From Macrostomum lignano (taxonomy: Eukaryota), in the NCBI GenBank assembly GCA_002269645.1, contig NIVC01000172.1, positions 644,558 through 708,557 on the forward strand: 64,000 nucleotides of DNA. Reading direction: 5' to 3'. Shown in pieces: positions 13,401 through 22,866 of the stretch (position 1 is its first letter; the number at the start of each line of letters is the position of its first letter). The translations under genes and the position numbers were made by a program. The notes beneath the pieces are model-generated. The model saw only the letters and a program-made list of their open reading frames with translations, did not search any database and had not been told where the DNA came from.

Positions 13401-16400
13401 TCGACAGCAGGTCCTCGTAGACAGCGTCCCGGTTCTTTTCTAGGAAACCGTGCACCGTGTAGGCCACCGGCTCGGCAAAGTGGCGCACAATGAAGCAGTC
13501 GCGGCTGCCAATCTTGGGGGTGTCGTAGTGCCGGGACTTGCCCAGGGTGCGCTGCATTTTCTGCAGCCAGTTGGAGTCCGAGCCGCGCACCATCTTGCAC
13601 TCCTCGTCTAGTAGGTCGAGGATGCCCAACTTGGCCTCAATCAGCTCGATGCACGGCTGGTTGTCGGTGAACTCGATGAAGGACCAGTCAATCTCTTCAG
13701 AAACGTAGATTTGCTGTTCGAGTTTGAAGACGTGAATGTTGAACTGCTGCTGCAGCTTCTCGTTGGCGTAGTTGATGCAGAACTGCTCGAAGCTGTTCAC
13801 CTAGGGGGTCGGTTGGTTTGCAGTGGTTACAGATTGATACTGGCTTCAGGGGGTCATCACTGGCTTCAGGACCGGAGCAAGGGGTCATGCACTGGCTTCA
13901 TGACCGGAGCAAGGGATCATGCACTGGCTTCATGACCGGAGTAAGGGGACATGCACTGGCTTCATGACCGGGGTAATGGGTCATGCACTGGCTTCAGGAT
14001 CGGAGCAAGGGGTCATGCGCTGGCTTCATGACCGGAGTAAGTGGTCATGCACTGGCTTCAGGATCGGAGCAAGGGGTCATGCACTGGCTTCATGACCGGA
14101 GCAAGGGATCATGCACTGGCTTCATGACCGGAGTAAGGGGACATGCACTGGCTTCATGACCGGGGTAATGGGTCATGCACTGGCTTCAGGATCGGAGCAA
14201 GGGGTCATGCGCTGGCTTCATGACCGGAGTAAGTGGTCATGCACTGGCTTCAGGACCGGAGCAAGGGGTCATGCACTGGCTTCAGGACCGGAGCAGGGGT
14301 CATAGCCTGACTAAAGACCGGAGCAAGGGGTCAAAGCCTGACTAAAGACCGGAGCAAGGGGTCATAGCCTGACTAAAGACCGGAGCAAGGGGTCAAAGCC
14401 TGACTAAAGATCGGAGCAAGGGGTCATAGCCTGACTAAAGACCGGAGCAAGGGGTCATAGCCTGACTAAAGATCGGAGCAAGGGGTCATAGCCTGACTAA
14501 AGACCGGAGCAAGGGGTCATAGCCTGACTAAAGACCGGAGCAAGGGGTCATAACCTGGCAAAAAAACAGAACCAACCTGGAAAATCTCGAACCCGTAGAT
14601 GTCCAAAATGCCAACAAAAGGCAGGCAGTGGCTCAGTTCAGTTTTCTGCTTCTGCTGCTGCGACCGCCGCTCCAAGGCCTTGTTGATCAACGCCACCAGC
14701 CAGTGAAACACGCAGGCGTACATAAACTTTGCCACCGCGTCTCGAGCGTTCACCGCTTCATCAACCGTGAACGGCTTGATCAGCTGTTCCCCAACCGTGA
14801 CGATTCGCCGGTGCACCAGCCAGGTGCGAAGTTGCTCCTGGTCGATTTTCAACAGGTCACAGGCGGCGCTGAGGCCCGGGTCGGAGGCGGCGATGGCGGA
14901 AGATTCAGAGGACTCGCCCGGGTGGATGGACACGTTGCCAAGGTGCAGGATGGCCGCCAGGATGGTGAACAGGCTCCACTCGTCATCCTCAGTGAGACCT
15001 GCGGCACGAACGCGTAAGCCATTCTCATCCCGATCTCACCTGCCATTCTCATCCTGATCTCATCTGCCATTCTCATCCTGATCTCACCTGCCATTCTCAT
15101 CCCGATCGCACCTGCCATTCTCATCCCGATCTCACCTGCCATTCTCATCCCGGTCTCACCTGCCATTCTCATCCCGGTCTCACCTGCCATTCTCATCCCG
15201 GTCTCACCTGCCATTCTCATCCCCACCTCACCTGCCATTCTCATCCCGGTCTCACCTGCCATTCTCATCCCCACCTCACCTGCCAGTCTCATCCCCACCT
15301 CACCTGCCAGTCTCATCCCCACCTCACCTGCCAGTCTCATCCGCACCTCACCTGCCTGTCTCAGCCTCAGCCAACCCCAAGCCAGCATGCGGCAGCTCAC
15401 CGAGGGTTCGGAAAGCCGTCCTGGTCACGCTGAGCTCATCGGCATCGCTAACATTATCAACTGTCCAGCACTGGCCGCCGGACAGGTACTGGAAATTGTC
15501 CGGGCTACTCAAACCCAGCGAGGCGTCCTCAGTGCTGCACAGCTGATAAAATATGTGATAGTTGCGCTCATTGGAAGCTTGGGTTACAACTCGACTTTTC
15601 TCCAGCAGGTAGGTTCGAATGCTGGCGTGGGAGATCTGGGAGGCCGCGAACGCGATCTGAATGTACTTTCCGAATCGGCTGCTGTTGTCATTGCGGGTGG
15701 TTTTGGCGTTTCCTGGAAAGCATTGAGGAGACAGAACAGTTGAAACTGAAACGGAGTGAGGTACCCTCGAGGAATCCTGGGAACAGAGATCTAGTGACGA
15801 AGAATAGAGACTCAAATACAGAAATCAAGATTTAGGGGGAGAATAGACATCCAGATAAGACAATTGAGAATAGATATCCAGATGATAGAGAATAGATATT
15901 CGGAAGATGTAGAATAGATATCCGTATAGATATTAGACATCCTTATAGAGATTAGATATCCACAAAGAGAGTAGATATCAGACGGAGAATAGGTATCCAG
16001 GTGGATAATAGATATCCAGATGGAAAATGGATATCCAGATGGAGATTAGATATCCAGATAGAGAATAGATATTCACAAAGAGAGTAGATATCAGACGGAG
16101 AATAGGTATCCAGGTGGATAATAGATATCCAGATGGAAAATGGATATCCAGATGGAGATTAGATATCCATATAGAGATAAGATATCCATATAGAGATTAG
16201 ATACCCGGAAGATGGACAATAGATATTCAGATGGAGAATAGATATTTAGATGGAGAATAGATGTTCAGATGGAGAATAGATATCCAGATGGAGAATAGAT
16301 ATCCAGATGGAGAATAGATATCCAAAGGTAGAATAGATATCCGGATGGAGATTAGATATTAGATGAAGAAATAGATATTCAATTTACAAGTTCTGAATTC

Positions 16401-18615
16401 GCCAAAGTCCCATGCCCCGGGCATTAAAAATTCAAACCAACCGAACGCCTCGAGAATGGGATTCGACGCCAGAATCCGATCCTCAATCTGTGAATAATGA
16501 AAGTCATCGCCAGCTCCGCCGTTGCCGCCTCCACCACCGACGTCGCCGACGCTGGCGGTCGCCGCCGATGCCACAGTCGCCAAGTAGCGCAGTGTGTAGC
16601 GAGCGTTCACAGTTTTGCCGCTGCCGCTCTCGCCGGACACGATTATTGATTGATTCTGGCCGAACACGGACATGTGATTGAAGGCCTGCTCGGCCACGCC
16701 GAACACGTGCGGCTCCAGGGCCGAGCCGACATCCTCGCAGCCGGAGTAGGCCAGGATCACCGTGTCGTCGTAGATTGGCACGTCCTAAAAATTGCGTGGA
16801 GATTCCAGACTGGGGAATCCATTGCAGCGATCAGGGATTGGGGAATCCCAGACTGGGGAATCCCAGACTAGGGAATTCCAGACTGGGGAATCCCAGACTA
16901 GGGAATCCCAGACTGAGGAATCCTAGACTGGGGAATCTATTACAGCGATCAGGGATTGGGGAATCCCAGAATGAGGAATCTCAGACCGGGGAATCCCTTT
17001 CAGCGATCAGGCATTGGGGAATCCCAGACTGGGGAATCCATTGCAGCGATCAGACATTGGGATTTGTATTCCCAAATGAAATGTGTTTTCAATTACCTGA
17101 TATGGGTTCAGAGCCACTAACACAATGCCGCAGTAAGTGTAGATGGTGCGCCTTTCCAAGAACCGAATACGCAGGTTATGCAGCACCTCAGCTTCATTTA
17201 AATAGCTCAGCGAGGTGAGATTGTTTTCCCCAGTCAGAATGTCTGGATTTCGCAGAGGCGGCAAATCCCGACCGGCATCTCTAATGCGCAGGGTTCGAAC
17301 CTTCAAACAAGGAAGCGCAAATGAATAATTTATCAATCATAAACTGCTACATGCAGTGCAGGTAATCATGACAGTTGACAGCAGTGAGCTAGCTAACCTC
17401 GCCCGACTCCAGCGTGACCGTCAGCTCCTTGGCGCCTTCCTGGTAGCCAGCGGTGAGCACCCCGCCCTGCCATATCTCAAGAGTGTCAGGCAGCCAGACG
17501 CGTGTGCCCTGTGAATGCAAATGAATTGTATTGGAATTTTTCCCATGCAGTAAGAGCTATGAATTATTATATATTGCTACCAATTCTAAAAAAAGTTATT
17601 AATAGGGTTCGTAGTGATTTCATCTGCTACATTTTGTCTGCCAAAATTTTTAGGCCTACAAGCTGCATATTAAGGTGTAGCATTCAAGACTCTAAAATAA
17701 AATTTTTATTCTCACTGGGACCCTTCCCTATGATTTTACCCATCTTCAGATGTTCCACAATAAAATCTGCACAATAAATTACATGTAAAGTCTATCCATT
17801 AGGCACAGGACCTCAGAACTAGGACCTGGACATCCTATCTATCTACCAGAAAAAGTTGTATAATTATCTACTAGCAGATAGCTGACAAAATCACTGTATA
17901 CTATTAATAAGTTTGTCTAAATAGTAGGCTTATAATATTCAATCTAAGTTCTAATATGGATTCCTCTTGATCATGATTATAGCTAGCAAAAATACCAATG
18001 AATAACTTTAAAGTTAAGTTATACCAATATAAATAAAAATACAAAGCTAGTTTACTACTGGGTAATTTATATAATCAATACATATGATAAAAGTATGAAA
18101 AACTGAGATTGGCTTAGATATTTAACTTAATAAAGTCCTTAAAAAATAAAGTTTTTGAATTTTTAAAAACTAATAGGAAAAGAAATTAATAATTAAAATA
18201 GCTTTATTAGGCCTAAAAAGACATTAAAAATTCAACAAGTTTTTGTCTAAAATTGCATAAAATGCATTGTTTTGTATAGATAACAGATTAAAATATACAT
18301 AGGCCTATCTAAATGAACCTAGAGATTAATTTTTTACTATAGTGGACAATAAAAAACTACTAATAGCTAAATCTGAAGTCTACTCTACTGTGCATTTGAT
18401 GCTTTTTGAAGTTCTACTTAAATAATTTATATTTGAGTTAATATTTATTAGGTTTTTTAGAAAAAATATTTTTTACTACTGATGTCCAGATTTTAAATTA
18501 AAGATCAATTTTTGCTAAACAGCAATAAAAAGTAGCAAACTACTTCAATTTACTCAAAAATTTCGAAAAGCAGGCGAATACTTCTTACCTTGCTGTATAA
18601 CTCCACTAGGGACAT
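1237..18615 (-). CDS. MYO5: Unconventional myosin class V heavy chain, 14 coding exons in window (3' end beyond left edge)
   Basis: Hand-spliced exons (minus): 18615-18589, 17508-17398, 17300-17097, 16784-16442, 15712-15401, 14998-14577, 13800-12895, 11939-11274, 9524-9119, 8504-8206, 7406-6978, 5553-5275, 4381-4004, 1446-1237. All introns are GT-AG with matching phases, 4992 nt = 1664 codons. Motifs: N-term [25 protein letters not shown]-loop GESGSGKT, switch [10 protein letters not shown], switch II DIYGFE, six IQ motifs with 23-25-23-25-23 spacing, coiled coil, and dilute-domain [17 protein letters not shown]...LEPLVQ. Confidence 0.96.
2076..2655. repeat. 52-bp minisatellite, ~11 near-identical copies
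   Basis: CCAATGAAAGCGCTCCAACTAGCAAAAGCTGAGGACACGACCCCAGCATCAA repeated with 52-bp period. Confidence 0.95.
3190..3397 (+). mobile_element. 5'-truncated 3' end of the RTE-like LINE seen at 39.1-40.35 kb
   Basis: Shares GCTGGGGCGCnCGACACTGCnAACGGnGCGGACTTCG and GCCCTGCTCTAACTGTGACnTTGCATG with 40250-40330; (GTT)n tail. Confidence 0.7.
4004..4381 (-). CDS. MYO5: Myosin V exon 13 (globular tail)
   Basis: [16 protein letters not shown]...[24 protein letters not shown]...CARQ|gtgagg. Confidence 0.9.
4600..4860. repeat. Dispersed element with ~70-bp internal repeats (CTCTCTCATTGGCTnAGCCAGATTGGGCC); inverted copy at 32280-32690
   Basis: Reverse-complement match of the internal repeats and of the CACAnTTTGGCTTT..TGTGTCTG end. 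Confidence 0.75.
5275..5553 (-). CDS. MYO5: Myosin V exon 12 (start of globular tail)
   Basis: [10 protein letters not shown]...[16 protein letters not shown]...AWREHCK|gtat. Confidence 0.9.
5575..6925. repeat. 21-bp minisatellite GTGT(C/T)TGAGGATGTGACAA(G/A)
   Basis: Tandem repeat filling myosin intron 11; source of the HPQT/SSNT pseudo-ORFs. Confidence 0.95.
6978..7406 (-). CDS. MYO5: Myosin V exon 11
   Basis: ELKTLQ...[17 protein letters not shown]...[25 protein letters not shown]...RIMEENL|gtgagt. Confidence 0.9.
7487..8200. repeat. ~40-bp minisatellite containing CAGCCAATCAGAGATCAG
   Basis: Tandem repeat in myosin intron 10. Confidence 0.9.
8206..8504 (-). CDS. MYO5: Myosin V exon 10
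   Basis: aacag|(D)AAQMDIADG...[24 protein letters not shown]...KKLEQ|gtact. Confidence 0.85.
8690..9100. repeat. ~47-bp minisatellite CAGCCAATTGGAGAGCAGCTTGATGGCTGAAAA
   Basis: Tandem repeat in myosin intron 9. Confidence 0.9.
9119..9524 (-). CDS. MYO5: Myosin V exon 9 (coiled coil)
   Basis: ttcag|[10 protein letters not shown]...[11 protein letters not shown]...HQPEG|gtgag; phases 0 and 1 fit the neighbouring exons. Confidence 0.85.
9575..11260. repeat. 21-bp minisatellite GAGGACCTGTCTAACAGAGAT, split by a hAT MITE
   Basis: Arrays at 9575-9980 and 10841-11260. Confidence 0.95.
9981..10840. mobile_element. Non-autonomous hAT-type DNA transposon (860 bp)
   Basis: TIR CAGTGTTGGG...CCCAACACTG, 8-bp TSD GTTGAGGA (9973-9980 and 10841-10848), many subterminal GTAAC/GTTAC motifs. 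Confidence 0.9.
11274..11939 (-). CDS. MYO5: Myosin V exon 8 (converter, six IQ motifs, start of coiled coil)
   Basis: [16 protein letters not shown], then 6 IQ motifs at 23/25 alternating spacing, then GLENRLIEL. Confidence 0.95.
11955..12390. repeat. 22-bp minisatellite GAGATTCTCTGTTGGCTTCAGG
   Basis: Tandem repeat in myosin intron 7 beside the acceptor. Confidence 0.95.
12645..12885. repeat. (GTAA/GTGA)n tetranucleotide microsatellite
   Basis: gagtaagtaagtgagtaag... for about 240 bp. Confidence 0.95.
12895..13800 (-). CDS. MYO5: Myosin V exon 7 (relay helix, loop 2, SH1)
   Basis: [20 protein letters not shown]...[11 protein letters not shown]...[22 protein letters not shown]. Confidence 0.95.
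13840..14552. repeat. ~31-32 bp minisatellite GACCGGAGCAAGGGGTCAT plus a variable segment (two subtypes)
   Basis: Tandem repeat filling myosin intron 6. Confidence 0.9.
14577..14998 (-). CDS. MYO5: Myosin V exon 6 (switch II)
   Basis: [14 protein letters not shown]...[11 protein letters not shown]...[13 protein letters not shown]|gttggt. Confidence 0.95.
15017..15358. repeat. 24-bp minisatellite CTCACCTGCCA(T/G)TCTCATCCC..., 14 units
   Basis: Period of 24 bp from 15035 to 15347; reads CAG|GTGAG on the myosin sense strand. Confidence 0.95.
15401..15712 (-). CDS. MYO5: Myosin V exon 5 (switch I)
   Basis: [18 protein letters not shown]...YLLEKSRVV...[10 protein letters not shown]. Confidence 0.95.
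15840..16380. repeat. ~19-20 bp degenerate minisatellite GAGAATAGATATCCAGATG
   Basis: Tandem repeat in myosin intron 4. Confidence 0.85.
16442..16784 (-). CDS. MYO5: Myosin V exon 4 (P-loop)
   Basis: [11 protein letters not shown]...[14 protein letters not shown]...[10 protein letters not shown]|gttggt. Confidence 0.95.
16800..17060. repeat. 15-bp minisatellite GGGAATCCCAGACT(G/A)
   Basis: Tandem repeat in myosin intron 3. Confidence 0.85.
17097..17300 (-). CDS. MYO5: Myosin V exon 3
   Basis: VRTL...[31 protein letters not shown]...[15 protein letters not shown]|gtaatt. Confidence 0.95.
17398..17508 (-). CDS. MYO5: Myosin V exon 2 (SH3-like N-terminal region)
   Basis: cag|[37 protein letters not shown]|gttag, 111 nt. 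Confidence 0.9.
18589..18615 (-). CDS. MYO5: Myosin V coding exon 1 (MSLVELYSK)
   Basis: ATG TCC CTA GTG GAG TTA TAC AGC AAG|gtaag; resembles the myosin V N-terminus (MAASELYTK type). Preceded by an acceptor-like ccccatcttag, so a 5' UTR exon probably lies upstream. Confidence 0.8.
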
Positions 18616-18699
18616 ATTTTACTTGTCTAAGATGGGGTAGAGGGTCTATCAGATGGAGCTCAGACATTTAAAGACGTACTTAAACATTGTTGTTAATTC

Positions 18700-19260
18700 A
18701 TACACATGCTTGCGCTGTTATAGACAAAATTAAACGGTGTTTAATTTACTGAATTAATGACTATTCAAAGCACCGAGATTAGATTTGAACCACAGTACAC
18801 AACACCTCATTAAATGAAAAGGGAAAATTAGGAAATGCAAAGGCTAGTATTTACATCTCAGTTAAAAACCAAACGCAAGTTTTCAGACGGGCCACTAAAA
18901 AAGAAAAAAACACTTCAAGTTAAAACTTAGTAGTGAATCACGACACTTTCTAACAAAAGTAGCTTAAAGCAGAAAGTTAAATAAATTTAGTTTACAAGAA
19001 CTAAATCTGTGTCGAAATATTTTTTTTTCAATTTTCTGACATAACAATATATGTATACTGTGGAATACTTGAATTGCATAAGTCTGTTGTTTATTATCGC
19101 TGCTTGTTGTAATCGTTGCGTTAGACATTTCCTGTCGGACTGTCGGTAGTGTATCCACTTTTCTCAGATGATTAACTTTTTTTCAGTTACAACTCATTTG
19201 TAAAAGCTATTTTTTGATGTGTGCTACATTGGATTTTGATTCAGGTATGTTAAAAAATTA
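18700..19260. promoter_or_regulatory. Probable bidirectional promoter and 5' UTR region of myosin V and PRL
   Basis: CpG-retaining island between CpG-depleted flanks. A strong + strand donor TTCAG|GTATGT at 19244/19245 suggests a PRL 5' UTR exon. Inference only. Confidence 0.45.
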
Positions 19261-19659
19261 CTCGATGTTGTGCTGTTGGCTTAATATAATAAAAATAATA
19301 GGCATAGACCTATATGCCTAATGACAGTTTCAGCTTAGGATTTCCTTGTTATTTGACTTCGCATTTGCACTTAGGCCTACTTGTTGTAATTGAATATGGG
19401 CCTAATCATATAGACCTTTTGTAGACTTACTCAAACCAGTCATCTTTATTATATGGAAGTGCTTATCCCCACAGTCCTGTGCCAATAATTCCAATTTTAT
19501 CCACACAGATCCATGTCAATAATTTCCAGCTTATCCCCATGGCAGCTTATTGAAATAGCTGTCACCATTCAAGTCTATAGGCCATGTCAATAATTCCAAT
19601 TTTATCCACACAGATCTGTGTCAATAATTTGCAGCTTATCCCCATGGCAGCTTATTGAA

Positions 19660-20661
19660 GGCAGTTGTTATTTGTCCAGTGACCGGACAAATAGCCTTTT
19701 TGCTATTTGTCCAGTTAAATTGCTAACACAAGTATTGTAATGTTTCGTAATGAATATTATAGATTTTTAGGACCTTTTCTCATATATTGATGATTATTTT
19801 CTTTAGAGTGTAAGCAAAGCAGTGTATTCAATTCGCACTAATTCGGCATAATTTGGTGTATAAAACACATACTAGTATAACAATATAATAATCAAGATAC
19901 GAGCCATAGTGTAGATCATGTAGTGCACGTGAGAATTTTCCCGCGTACATTTTCAAAAGTGGCGTGCACTGGCATGCGATTAGGTAAGTGGCATGCATTT
20001 GGCGTGCAATGCACACTACATAAATACACTGGCATGCCTGGCATGCGCCGCGTGCCGCATGCCTGGCACCTGATATGGCAAAGCTGCCAATGCAATGGTA
20101 AGCAGACATAAAATATGTATTATTGTATTTAACTTTTGAAAAAAACTATTGTAAATAAACAGTGTATAAGACTGTTAAATAAATTAATGTATGAAAATAC
20201 ACATTTTAAAGGTAAAGCATTTCTTTTGTACATCGTTTGTTGCTTTGTTTTATACAATGCAATTCAAAATATGTTTTTTTGTCTTCAATTTGAATTTGAA
20301 TTTATTGTTTATCGTTTATCGTTACCTGTGGTTAGTAGTCCTTGTCCTAGTAGGCGTGCATCGGCATGCATTTGCTTGTCGTCGGCGTGCTTTTTGGAAT
20401 TATCTTTGGGTCGTTTCTCGCGTGCACTTAGCATGATCCACACTATGGGATACGAGTAAGAAGTCTTTGAAGTCTAGGAATATTTACCCTTGTGGTTTTT
20501 ATGAACAAGATATTTTAGAACTATCAATTTAACCGGACAAATAAAAAAATGTCTTTTTGTCTGGTATTAACCGGATGAATAGGAAAGCATGGTCAGGATC
20601 CAGTTACCAGACAAATAACCACATTGCTATTCGTCCAGTCATTGGACAAATAACAACTGCC
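19660..20661. mobile_element. Element B: MULE-like MITE nested in A
   Basis: TIR GGCAGTTGTTATTTGTCCA / TGGACAAATAACAACTGCC, 9-bp TSD CTTATTGAA / CTTTTTGAA (1 mismatch). Confidence 0.85.
19904..20448. mobile_element. Element C: MITE nested in B
   Basis: TIR CCATAGTGT(A/G)GATCATG, 8-bp TSD GATACGAG (19896-19903 and 20449-20456). Confidence 0.85.
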
Positions 20662-20963
20662 CTTTTTGAAATAGCTGTCACCATTCAAATCTATAGGCTG
20701 TGTCAATAATTTCAATTTTATCCACATGGATCCATGTCAATAATTTTCAGCTTATCCCCATGGCTAAGATTGTGCAGTTGTTTGTGTTTACTTTTGTGCA
20801 CTGATGTTAAATTGATATTATTATTATTATTATTAATATTATCATTATTAGGCCTATTATATAAAGGTTCTTTATTCCAATAAGCTGCCATAAGGATAAG
20901 CTGGAAATTATCAACATGGATCCATGTGGATAAAATTGGAATTATTGGCATGGGACTGTGAGG

Positions 20964-21551
20964 CCATAGTCAGGAAGGTGGCCTCTGAGGGGGAAAATTC
21001 CCGCGCACACAAAGGGTCTCTGCGCACATTGGCGCACAAGCGCAGCGCACACAAAGGGTCTCGGCGCACATTGGCGCACAAGCGCGGCGCACACTGAGGC
21101 CCCTGGCGCATGCGGCACACAATCATGACGCACACTGAGGTCCCTAGCGCATGCGGCGCATAATTGCAGCGCATAAGGTCCCTGACATGCATGAAAATTG
21201 TAATGCAAATTAACAATTTTATGTAAAATAAAGGAGATTTGTATAGTCTAGGTCAGTGATAAACTTGTTGCTTCTTTAAAATCAACAGTAAATAAAATTA
21301 GTATAAATTATCGCTAAGAACGTTAATTTTGCATTACTCTATTTGTAGGTATAATTTAAGTTTGTTTAAAATGCAAATATGCGTAACATTTTAAAAAGAC
21401 TTTTTGTACGAAAGCCTTTCTTAGAAAACTCTACTCGTGAAGAGTGGCGCAAAGACGGCGCACAGACAGCGCACAAATGGCACATAGACGGCGCACAAAT
21501 TGTCCCAAAAAAATTATTCCGGCGCACACTGTGCCACCTTCCTGACCATGG
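20964..21551. mobile_element. Element D: MITE inserted in the right TIR of A
   Basis: TIR CCAT(A/G)GTCAGGAAGGTGGC, 8-bp TSD CTGTGAGG (20956-20963 and 21552-21559); GCGCACA subterminal repeats. Confidence 0.88.
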
Positions 21552-22711
21552 CTGTGAGGATAAGCACTTCCTTATTATATAGGCCTATATATGATTAAGG
21601 GCCTAGGCCTATCATCAGTTAATTTGCTAGGAGGCCTACTATCTAGTAGCCAGTAGCCCCCCCCCCCTAGGCTGGGTTACTTTGTCCACAGAGTGTACAT
21701 ATGCACCCTGAATTTTAAAATTGCATCCTGAACTCAAAAAAGTGGGTATGGTTTAGGTGCAGTTTCATAGGCCCCCTAACCTATTTTCCTTTTAACATTT
21801 AAGCCTCATTTGCACTGCCTTAAAATCAGCTTAGCATAAGCCTACCCCATATAGTTATATAGCATTATAGGTAGGCCTAGTCTGGATCATGGCAGACAAG
21901 CATATACCAGAATGAAAATTCTAGTTTTTTATTCTATATCAATCTAATTTTTAAATCATTTAAATATTTTTTAATGAATTTCATTTAAATATTTATTTTT
22001 AAATTTTTTAAATACTGAATGTAAATTTTCTTATATGCCAACTTTCTTGAGAATATATATTTTCAATAATAAAAGTTTTACTTAGGGCCTAACTACAAAT
22101 TATTTATTTTATGCTAAAAACTGTTATTATTTGTTTTACTTTTGTTTTGCTTGTAAGTTGTATTTATTTTTTTCTATTTTTGTTTCTATTTTATTTTTGA
22201 AAGAGCTTTTTGATTGATATTTAAAAATACACTATATAGACTAAGCCTAAACTTGGCTATCTTTTGTATGCCAACTTTAAACACTAATTAACCTATAAAT
22301 ACTATATGCCAAGATTGCAAGCAAGGGCAAAAATACCTTTCAGATTAAAAGGCATCCCAGGAATTTTCATAAGGGGGCATATTGATATCATTAAGGAAAG
22401 GGGGTCAATTAAAAAACTTTCTACCTTTGCTTTTATAGTTTGATTATAACAAAAGGGGATTGGAGATTATTTTTATATGACAAATTTTTGTGTAAGTGCA
22501 GCAGTAGATTGAGCATGGATGTGCAGCTCTATAATGATAATAATAGCTTTTCTAAGCACTAGGCAAATGCTTGAAGCAGATGGCAATAATACAAATAATT
22601 GGGACTTTAATTGAATCAATCCCAATTGGTGTAGTATGGGCAAAGCCTATTATAATAATAATTAGTAGATTAAGCTTATGATTTTATTTGGATTGGCTAG
22701 TAGTTATATAT

Positions 22712-22866
22712 ATGCAACCTTAGGAATCACTTGGCTATTTCTATTGGCAACATGTACATATAACTTGCTATTGGCTAAGAGCAATCATGTGACTACTATT
22801 CTGTCCAATAGCAACTTATATGTGTGTGTTGCCAATAGAAATAGCCAGGTGAATCCCTAGGTTGTA
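22712..22866. repeat. Foldback/inverted repeat (~155 bp)
   Basis: GGCTATTTCTATTGGCAACA...TGTTGCCAATAGAAATAGCC with a core stem of about 42 bp. Confidence 0.7.

Larger units (their letters stand above)
19455..21571. mobile_element. Element A: MULE/foldback-like non-autonomous transposon
   Basis: Long TIRs beginning GGAAGTGCTTATCC...GGATAAGCACTTCC, 9-bp TSD TTATTATAT (19446-19454 and 21572-21580). Confidence 0.85.
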
